A stretch of DNA of 32,000 bases from Mucisphaera calidilacus. GTDB lineage: Bacteria; Planctomycetota; Phycisphaerae; Phycisphaerales; Phycisphaeraceae. The position numbers were made by a program, and so were the translations under genes. The stretch lies in contig NZ_CP036280.1 in assembly GCF_007748075.1 (NCBI RefSeq), positions 2,430,001-2,462,000 on the forward strand. The letters run 5' to 3'. Below, in pieces: positions 8,615-14,940 of this stretch. A model generated the notes under the pieces. That model did not search any database. It saw only the letters and a program-made list of their open reading frames with translations, and was not told the origin of the DNA. The first letter of the stretch is position 1. Each line of letters begins with the position of its first letter.

Positions 8615-8762
8615 GATCGGGTTCCTTCGCACTTTTGAGCGAATCGGAGATTATGCGTATTGAAGGCCGATTCGTCAAGCGAGCCGATCCACTGTGCCGA
8701 TCTTTAAACTGGGGAGGGTAAAACACCCCATTTTCGTGGATTCAGCCTGGTCTGGCAGTGAG

Positions 8763-9404
8763 GTGCGTGTGGAACCACTAATTCCAAGCCTTGACCTGAT
8801 CGCCGTTTACGGTGCGGGCGGTCACGGCCGTGCGGTGGCGGAGGCGGCTTTTCTGCGTTGGCCGGACAGCGAGATCGTTTACATCGATGACGCGTGTCTC
8901 TCGCCGGCGTTGGACGGCCGACCGGTTTACCTGCCCGAGGCCTTGTCGCCCGGGACGCCGGTGGCGTTGGGGATCGGCGACAACGCGGCCCGTGAGCGTG
9001 TCGGGCGGTGGCTGATGGACCGCGATCAGCCGTTGCTGCTGGTCGCTCATCCGCACGCATCGTTCAGCCCGAGTGCCGAGCCGGGCTCGGGCCTGTTCGT
9101 CGGTCCGAACGCCGTGGTGCACACGGGCGCACGTCTCGGCGCGGGCGCGGTCGTGAACTCCGGAGCCGTGGTCGAGCACGATGCGCGGGTGGGCGACTTC
9201 GCGCACGTCGCGCCGGGCGCGGTGCTGGGCGGAGGCGTGTTCATCGATTCAGGGGTTCTGGTGGGGTTGGGGGCCCGGGTTCTGCCGGGCGTGCACGTCG
9301 GCGAGCGGGCCGTGGTCGCGGCGGGCGCCGTGGTGACCGAGGACGTCGAGCCGGAAGCGACGGTGGTGGGCGTGCCGGCAAGGCCGGTGGGTCAGGTGGT
9401 CTGA
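8763..9404 (+). CDS. NeuD/PglD-family sugar O-acyltransferase (left-handed beta-helix hexapeptide repeats)
   Basis: N-terminal Rossmann-like IAVYGAGGHGRAVAEAA is followed by hexapeptide repeats (GPNAVVHTGARLGAGAVVNSGAVVEHDARVGDFAHVAPGAVLGG...). The start is uncertain: in-frame GTGs occur at 8694, 8736, 8763 and 8769. The AT-rich stretch at 8694-8735 looks non-coding. Confidence 0.85.
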   Translation: MRVEPLIPSLDLIAVYGAGGHGRAVAEAAFLRWPDSEIVYIDDACLSPALDGRPVYLPEALSPGTPVALGIGDNAARERVGRWLMDRDQPLLLVAHPHASFSPSAEPGSGLFVGPNAVVHTGARLGAGAVVNSGAVVEHDARVGDFAHVAPGAVLGGGVFIDSGVLVGLGARVLPGVHVGERAVVAAGAVVTEDVEPEATVVGVPARPVGQVV

Positions 9405-9874
9405 AGCAGGACCACGACGTGGCAGGCGATCGAGCGGTTGTCGCCGAGCGAGTCCACCTTCTCGTGGGTCTTGGCCTTGAGATTGACGTTGCCGGGGTCG
9501 GTCTGGAGCAGGGCGACGAGGTTGTCGCGCATCGCGGCCTTGTGGGGAGACATTTTCGGTCGCTGGAGGATGACGGTAACGTCGATGTTGCCGAGCGTGT
9601 AACCGGCAGTGTGCATGCGTCTGACGGCTTCTGCGACAAAGAGGCGTGAGTCGGCGTCCTTCCACTCAGGGGCGTCGTCGGGGAAGAGCTGCCCGATGTC
9701 TTCCTGGGCGAGGGCGCCGAGGATGGCGTCGGTGACGGCGTGGTAGACGACGTCGCCATCGGAGTGCGCAGCGCAGCCGCGGTCGTGTTCGAGCCGCTCA
9801 CCGCAGACGACAAGCGGGAGACCGGGCTCGAGCCGGTGGAGATCGTAACCGTGGCCGATGCGGAGGGGGTTCAC
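9392..9874 (-). CDS. ispF: 2-C-methyl-D-erythritol 2,4-cyclodiphosphate synthase
   Basis: RIGHGYDLHRL...HSDGDVVYHAVTDAILGA are the canonical IspF motifs. The GTG start overlaps the upstream regulator's TGA (GTGA). Confidence 0.95.
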   Translation of the reverse strand: MNPLRIGHGYDLHRLEPGLPLVVCGERLEHDRGCAAHSDGDVVYHAVTDAILGALAQEDIGQLFPDDAPEWKDADSRLFVAEAVRRMHTAGYTLGNIDVTVILQRPKMSPHKAAMRDNLVALLQTDPGNVNLKAKTHEKVDSLGDNRSIACHVVVLLQTT

Positions 9875-11262
9875 TTGAGCCCGTACTCCTTGAGCTTGCG
9901 GTAGAGGGTGCGTTCGCCGATGCCGAGAGACCTGGCCGCCTGCTCGCGGTTGCCGCCTGAGATGCGCAGGGCTTCGCGGATGGCACGTTTCTCGATCTGG
10001 TCGAGGCTCATCGCGTTGGGGTCTTCGGCAAAGCTGGCGTCGTCGGCGGCGGCGGGCCGTATCTCACCCGGCAGGTGGCGCGGCTCGATGCGGTCGCCCT
10101 CGGCGATCACGAGCATGTTCTGGACGACGTTGATGAGTTGGCGGACGTTGCCGGGCCAGCTGTGGCGGGCGAGCGCGAGCATGACGTCCTCGGCGACCTC
10201 GGGGGTGGCGCGTTCGTACTCCCTGGAGAACTTATCGACGAAGTGGCGGACGAGGACGGGGATGTCGTCGCGTCGCTCGCGGAGCGCGGGGAGCGTCACC
10301 TCCGCGCCCTTGATGCGGAAATAGAGGTCCTCGCGAAACTCGCCCTTCTTCACGAGGTCTTCGAGGTCGCGGTTGGTGGCGGAGACGAGCCGGACGTCGA
10401 CGTGGCGGGTCTCGTTGGAGCCGAGTCGGACGACCTCGCCCGACTCCAGGACGCGCAGGAGCTTGGCCTGCATGGGCAGGGGCATGTCGCCGACCTCGTC
10501 GAGGAAGAGGGTCCCGCCGTCGGCGTACTCGAAGCGGCCCTGCCGCTCCTTGTCGGCTCCGGTGAAGGCGCCGCGGACGTGCCCGAAGAGCTCGTCCTCG
10601 AGGATGGACTCGCTCAGGCCGGCGCAGTTGAGCGGAACAAAGGTCTTGCGTGCGCGTTTGGAGTTGTTGTGGACGGCCTGGGCGACGAGTTCCTTGCCGG
10701 TGCCCGACTCGCCGAGGATCAGCACGGGGATCGTGGTGGGCGCGACCTGCCGGAGCCGTGTGATGACCTCGCGGATACCGGGCGAGGTGCCGACGATGCC
10801 CTCGAAGCCATACTTCTCGTCGAGCCGCTGGTGCAGGTCGGTGTTCTGGGCGCGGAGGAAGACGGTGCGCAGCGCGTTGGAGCAGAGCGTCCGGTAGACG
10901 TCGAGGTCGAGGGGCTTCTCGATGAAGTCGTAGGCGCCGCCGCGGATGGCCTGCTTGGCGGTGGGGACGTCGCCGTGCGCGGTGACCATGACGGTCTCGG
11001 CCTGCGGCTGGTGCATGCGGACGGCCTCGAGGACCTTCATACCGTCGTCCTCGCGGTCCATGACGAGGTCGGTGACGATGAGGTCGAACTGGCCGTGCCT
11101 GATCTCTTCCTCGGCGGCGGGCAGGTCGTGCACGAGGGTGCAGACGTGCCCCATCCGCTGGAGCGCCTCGGCCATCACCTCGGCGTGGTCTTCCTCGTCG
11201 TCGACGATGAGGACCTGGGCGGTGGGCAGCTCGAATTCGTCCTTGCTGGTCATGGGAGGCAT
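9871..11262 (-). CDS. sigma-54-dependent response regulator (NtrC family: receiver + AAA+ + Fis-type HTH)
   Basis: Receiver residues are VDDEED, LIVTDLVM and DFIEKP. The AAA+ domain has Walker A GESGTGKE and the sigma-54 contact loop GAFTGA. The C-terminal HTH is AARSLGIGERTLYRKLKEYGL. Confidence 0.93.
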   Translation of the reverse strand: MPPMTSKDEFELPTAQVLIVDDEEDHAEVMAEALQRMGHVCTLVHDLPAAEEEIRHGQFDLIVTDLVMDREDDGMKVLEAVRMHQPQAETVMVTAHGDVPTAKQAIRGGAYDFIEKPLDLDVYRTLCSNALRTVFLRAQNTDLHQRLDEKYGFEGIVGTSPGIREVITRLRQVAPTTIPVLILGESGTGKELVAQAVHNNSKRARKTFVPLNCAGLSESILEDELFGHVRGAFTGADKERQGRFEYADGGTLFLDEVGDMPLPMQAKLLRVLESGEVVRLGSNETRHVDVRLVSATNRDLEDLVKKGEFREDLYFRIKGAEVTLPALRERRDDIPVLVRHFVDKFSREYERATPEVAEDVMLALARHSWPGNVRQLINVVQNMLVIAEGDRIEPRHLPGEIRPAAADDASFAEDPNAMSLDQIEKRAIREALRISGGNREQAARSLGIGERTLYRKLKEYGLK

Positions 11263-11309
11263 CTTATCGATGCGCGGCCGGTCTGCTTCATGGCGCTTAT
11301 GATTCGGCG

Positions 11310-12107
11310 ATGAGTGCGGATGCCGTTTTTCATGTTGGCTGCGTGAGTTACCTCAACGCGACACCCCTGATCGCCGGCCTTGAGTCGGCGTCGGGCGGCC
11401 GGGTGCGTGTGCATTTTGACGTGCCCTCGGGCCTGCTGTCGGGTCTGGAAGGTGGCTACTTCGACCTGGCGTTGTGCCCGGTGGTGGACCAGTTCCGGTC
11501 GTCTGCGGGTCTGCGGCTGGTGCCGGTCGGCGGGATCGCCTGCCGGGGTCGGACACACACGGTCAAGCTGTTCACGCGAAGGCCGATCGCCCAATGCGCA
11601 CGGATCGCTGCGGACACGGACTCGCACACGTCGGTGAACCTGCTGCGCGTGCTCTGGCCGGACCGGAGTCCGGAGCCGCTGGAGCTGGTGGCGCATGACT
11701 TTCACGCCGATCCCGAGCCGCCCGCGGGCGTCGACGGGGCGCTGCTGATCGGTGACAAGGTGGTAACGAGCCCGCCGTCGTCGGAGGCGTTTGCCTACAC
11801 GCTGGACCTCGGCGAGGCGTGGCTGGAGCGGACGGGCCTGCCTTTTGTGTTCGCGACGTGGATGGCCCGGCCCGAGCGGGAGCTGGGCGACCTGCCCGAT
11901 CTGCTGACGGCGCAGCTGGACAGAAACCTGGGCGACCTCGAGCGACTCGCGGGGGCAGCGGCGGAGGCGAAGGGGTGGCCGGCGGACCTCGCACTGGCTT
12001 ACCTGTCGGAGATCCTGCACTACCGGCTGGCGGCGGACGACCTCCGTGCGATCGAGCGGTTCCGCGAGGCGGTGGCCAATCTGGAATCTGTTCGCCAGCA
12101 AGCTTGA
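11310..12107 (+). CDS. mqnA: futalosine-pathway menaquinone biosynthesis protein MqnA (chorismate dehydratase family)
   Basis: N-terminal VGCVSYLNATPLIAGLE and overall periplasmic-binding-protein-like length fit the MqnA/MqnD family. The YLN motif favours MqnA. Confidence 0.8.
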   Translation: MSADAVFHVGCVSYLNATPLIAGLESASGGRVRVHFDVPSGLLSGLEGGYFDLALCPVVDQFRSSAGLRLVPVGGIACRGRTHTVKLFTRRPIAQCARIAADTDSHTSVNLLRVLWPDRSPEPLELVAHDFHADPEPPAGVDGALLIGDKVVTSPPSSEAFAYTLDLGEAWLERTGLPFVFATWMARPERELGDLPDLLTAQLDRNLGDLERLAGAAAEAKGWPADLALAYLSEILHYRLAADDLRAIERFREAVANLESVRQQA

Positions 12108-12150
12108 CGCAATAAATGACTTGTCTTATTCTGTACATGATCTCGTACAG
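12104..12150 (+). promoter_or_regulatory. sigma-70-like promoter plus inverted-repeat operator upstream of the antitoxin gene
   Basis: TTGACG (12104-12109), a 17-nt spacer, then TATTCT (12127-12132). A perfect inverted repeat CTGTAC (12131-12136) N8 GTACAG (12145-12150) overlaps the -10 box and start region. An AGGAG RBS follows. Confidence 0.45.
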
Positions 12151-12158
12151 GAGCAGCC

Positions 12159-12407
12159 ATGATTCGATCCGACGACATCACGAGCTTCACGGACTACCGG
12201 GGCCGACTGCGTGAGCACCACGACCGGGTGCGTGCGACGAACCGCCCGCTTTTTATCACGCGCAACGGCGAGACCGAGGCGGTCGTGCTCAGCCCGGAGG
12301 CGTACGACAGGTACGCGGCCTACGTCGAGCGGCAGGACCTGATCGAGGAGATCAAGCAGGCCGAGAAGGACTTCGCAGCGGGCAAGGGGGTGGATGCGCT
12401 TGAATGA
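12159..12407 (+). CDS. Phd/YefM-family type II antitoxin
   Basis: ITSFTDYRGRLREHHDRVRATNRPLFITRNGETEAVVLSPEAYD is a typical Phd/YefM N-terminal fold signature. The protein is 82 aa. Confidence 0.85.
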   Translation: MIRSDDITSFTDYRGRLREHHDRVRATNRPLFITRNGETEAVVLSPEAYDRYAAYVERQDLIEEIKQAEKDFAAGKGVDALE

Positions 12408-12448
12408 TTACGCAAGTTAGAGGATGATATTCGTTATAACATGCCTCG

Positions 12449-12770
12449 ATGACTTATGACGTTATCTTTCTGCCCGCGGCTCTTTTCGACATACTCCGGC
12501 AGGTGCAATACCTGCGGGAAGAGCACGTCAGCAACCACACGATTTTTGCGATGGGTCCGTAAACTGCGCCTCAACGCGCAGGACATCGGCTTCATGCCTC
12601 ACAGCTACCCGCTGGCCGAAGACCTCTCGGCGCTCCGGGGCTATCCGATCCGGCGCACGCACTACGGCGACTACACCCTCTACTTCCGCGTGCTCGAAGA
12701 CCGGGCTCGCGTCGAGGTCCTGGCCTTCCGCCACAGCCGCAGGCAGATACCCGACCGGGAGACCGACTGA
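12449..12770 (+). pseudogene. ParE/RelE-family toxin, apparently disrupted by a +1 frameshift
   Basis: Frame 2 from ATG 12449 gives a ParE-like N-terminus, MTYDVIFLPAALFDILRQVQYLREEHVS, but stops at TAA 12560-12562. Frame 0 carries the ParE-like remainder (..TTRFLRWV...GYPIRRTHYGDYTLYFRVLEDRARVEVLAFRHSRRQ) to 12770. The ORF-track N-terminus (MTLSFCPRLFSTYSGRCNTCGK) is not toxin-like. Confidence 0.6.
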
Positions 12771-12788
12771 CTCAGGCCCCAAACGACA

Positions 12789-12815
12789 ACCCGCCGGCCG
12801 AGTTGGCCAGCGGGT
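12789..12815. terminator. GC-rich hairpin between convergent toxin and PEP-CTERM genes
   Basis: ACCCGCCGGCC-GAGTT-GGCCAGCGGGT forms 10 bp with one mismatch and a 5-nt loop. No clear U-tract on either side. Confidence 0.45.
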
Positions 12816-12855
12816 CATCCCCCCCTCCTCCGAAAGGGCGTGGTCGGGTCGCGGA

Positions 12856-13617
12856 TCAGCGTCGACACAGGGCGCCGAGGCCGATGAGCATAAGCGTCGC
12901 AGAGACGGGCTCGGGGACGAGGGCGGCCTCGATGTGTTCGACAGCGGCCTCGTGAGCCTCCTCATCGTGAAGGCCGAAGCCGTGAACGAAGTAGACAGGC
13001 TCGGAGGTCAGGTCGCCCACCTCGAACGTGAAGGACCAGACGTAGATGCCCTCGGGCACAGCGACGGCGTTGATGAGCGCGAAGTCGACGTGCTTGTGAA
13101 GGAAGCCGCTGGCGTCGGTGGATTCGATGACGAACCCCGAGACGTCACTGTCGGAACCGTCGAGATTAGCGCTGAAGAGCACCGCAGGGGCCTTGGAGAT
13201 GTTCAGGAACGTTCCGCCGGAGATCGGCGCAAAAGCGGGGTCGTCATGGCCGTCCCAGAACATCAGATTCGCGGTAGCGCCGTCGAGATCGAAGGCGGTC
13301 GCGGTGAAAGTGACGTCGGTGAGCACGGGCAGGGCTGCGTAGCCGGCGGGGATCTGATCGCTCGAGCCTGAGAGGGCATTGATGCCCGGTTCATCGCTGA
13401 CACCGAAGTCATCGAACTCGCCCTCGAAGACGTGGGCGTGGGTCGTGACGAGTTCGTTGTCGCCGAAGTCGTAGACACCCACCTCGAGCTCACCCTCGGG
13501 GGAGACGATCAGCAGCGCGTCGCCGTGGGCGTGCTCCTCGTGTCCTTCTTCGGCGTAGGCGACACCCGTCAGGCCGAGGGCCAGCGTGCACACAAGACTC
13601 TTGGTCATCATCTTCAT
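12856..13617 (-). CDS. secreted PEP-CTERM-anchored protein with His/Glu-rich termini
   Basis: Signal peptide MKMMTKSLVCTLALGLTGVAYA. The C-terminal sorting signal is VPEP + hydrophobic helix + CRR. An AGGAG RBS is present. The mature N-terminus is EEGHEEHAHGD and the pre-anchor segment is HGFGLHDEEAHEAAVEH. Confidence 0.85.
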   Translation of the reverse strand: MKMMTKSLVCTLALGLTGVAYAEEGHEEHAHGDALLIVSPEGELEVGVYDFGDNELVTTHAHVFEGEFDDFGVSDEPGINALSGSSDQIPAGYAALPVLTDVTFTATAFDLDGATANLMFWDGHDDPAFAPISGGTFLNISKAPAVLFSANLDGSDSDVSGFVIESTDASGFLHKHVDFALINAVAVPEGIYVWSFTFEVGDLTSEPVYFVHGFGLHDEEAHEAAVEHIEAALVPEPVSATLMLIGLGALCRR

Positions 13618-13686
13618 CTCAAAAACTCCTGGGTAGAATAAATATCGTTGCTTTCCGTCTGCCGTGGCGCGGAGTCACGTGCTTCG

Positions 13687-14442
13687 CTAATGCCGTGCGG
13701 ACGGGTCAAAGTTGTTCGCGTAGACGTCGGTCACGAGTTCGCCGAAGGGGACCGATTCGGCATGACCGTCGAGGAAGCCCCAGTTGCTGACCGCACCATC
13801 GGTCTGCGGTTCGCCGCGCACGGCGTTGATCTGCACCTGCTGCTGGGCGGGGATAGCCGGCGTGGGATAGCTGGCGTTGAACCAGCTCTCGACGTGCGGG
13901 TGATCAGCACCGGCGTAGCGCCCCTCGAAGGCCATGATCAGGAAGTGCACCGTGGACGAGGTCTGGTGGACGTTGGCCATGGTGTAGTAGGGGAACTCAC
14001 TCCTGCTCTGAAAGTCGGGCCCGTAGGGGATGGTGCTGACGTCGAGGAAGTTGTTGATGCCGTAGCTGGTCTGTCGTCGCTGGGTCGTGGGCGCGTTGGG
14101 GATCGGTTCGCCTTGCGGGAAGGGTCCCCAGTGCTCGCTCTCGTCGAGAGGCGATCGTACGACGAGTTCGCTGCCGTAGTAAGCGCTGAGGCTCAAAAAC
14201 CACGCGGGGAAGTCGCCGTGGGTCACGCCGCCGTGGGCGAGATTGGCGCGGATGAGGTGGCCCTTGTTGTCGTGGGTGTACGAATAGTGGGCGATCTCCA
14301 TCTGCCGAATGTTCGACAGGCACTGCATGGCCCGCGCCGAGTGACGGGCGGCGGCCAGCGACGGGAGCAGTATCCCGATCAGCAGCGCGATGATGGAAAT
14401 CACCACGATTAATTCGATGAGTGTGAAGGCGTGCGGGCGCAT
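13687..14442 (-). CDS. DUF1559 / prepilin-type N-terminal cleavage-methylation domain protein (H-X9-DG family)
   Basis: FTLIELIVVISIIALLIGILLPSL is a type IV pilin-like leader. The C-terminus has FLDGHAESV. An AGAGG RBS is present. Confidence 0.9.
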   Translation of the reverse strand: MRPHAFTLIELIVVISIIALLIGILLPSLAAARHSARAMQCLSNIRQMEIAHYSYTHDNKGHLIRANLAHGGVTHGDFPAWFLSLSAYYGSELVVRSPLDESEHWGPFPQGEPIPNAPTTQRRQTSYGINNFLDVSTIPYGPDFQSRSEFPYYTMANVHQTSSTVHFLIMAFEGRYAGADHPHVESWFNASYPTPAIPAQQQVQINAVRGEPQTDGAVSNWGFLDGHAESVPFGELVTDVYANNFDPSARH

Positions 14443-14492
14443 AGCGCACCTCTGACGTGTGCGTGTTGGCGATCAGCTACGGCACGGCGGAA

Positions 14493-14879
14493 TCAGAGTT
14501 GCGATGTGGGCGGACCTCGGACCGCGACAATACCTGCGTATGCCACGACGTGAACACCGAGGTCGTGAGGCATGAGGGTAGCGACGCGGGTCAACGGCGG
14601 ACCGGCGTCGGCGGCGAGGTCAAGGGTCGAGCCCGCGAGGCTGCTGATCAGGAAAGTGAGGTGGCAGTCGGTTGTCGATGCCGGCTGATGGGGCCCGGGC
14701 CCATGATCTGTGTCGTCGTCGTGACACTGAGCCTGCGCATCGGTGTGGCTGTGGTACTCCCAGACGTGGATGGCGCGTGTGACGCCGGCGAACTGGAGGC
14801 CGAGGACGGCGACGAGCAACGAGCACACGACAAGATAGAACCGGGATCGGGTCACCGGATAACGATAACCGGTTCTCAA
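14493..14879 (-). CDS. small hypothetical membrane-anchored His/Asp-rich protein
   Basis: Strong G/C third-position bias on this strand. The N-terminal hydrophobic helix is FYLVVCSLLVAVLGLQFAGV, followed by HVWEYHSHTDAQAQCHDDDTDHGPGPH. The start is uncertain (TTG 14879 or GTG 14855). The overlapping plus-strand ORF 14457-15227 looks antisense-like. Confidence 0.45.
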   Translation of the reverse strand: MRTGYRYPVTRSRFYLVVCSLLVAVLGLQFAGVTRAIHVWEYHSHTDAQAQCHDDDTDHGPGPHQPASTTDCHLTFLISSLAGSTLDLAADAGPPLTRVATLMPHDLGVHVVAYAGIVAVRGPPTSQL

Positions 14880-14940
14880 GAAAGGTCAAGGCCGTGGTTA
14901 TCAGATTCTGTCAGAAGCCCGATCCTTCTATTCTGGAGCG

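Noticed and set aside
8710-8734. Terminator-like hairpin TGGGG-N11-CCCCA followed by TTTT on the plus strand
   Set aside because: The stem is only 5 bp with a large loop, and no co-directional gene lies upstream for it to terminate. It may simply be 5'-UTR sequence of the acyltransferase gene.
11263-11300. Weak sigma-28-like element on the minus strand (TGAA-N15-ATCGATAA) just upstream of the response-regulator start
   Set aside because: Only 6 of 8 positions match in the -10 box. It ends 10 nt before the ATG, which would require a leaderless mRNA. This is probably chance.
12456-12770. The ORF-track 104-aa ORF taken as an intact toxin
   Set aside because: Its first ~27 residues (MTLSFCPRLFSTYSGRCNTCGKSTSAT) are Cys/Ser-rich and unlike ParE/RelE. 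The adjacent frame from 12449 encodes a textbook ParE N-terminus. A frameshifted gene explains both observations better.
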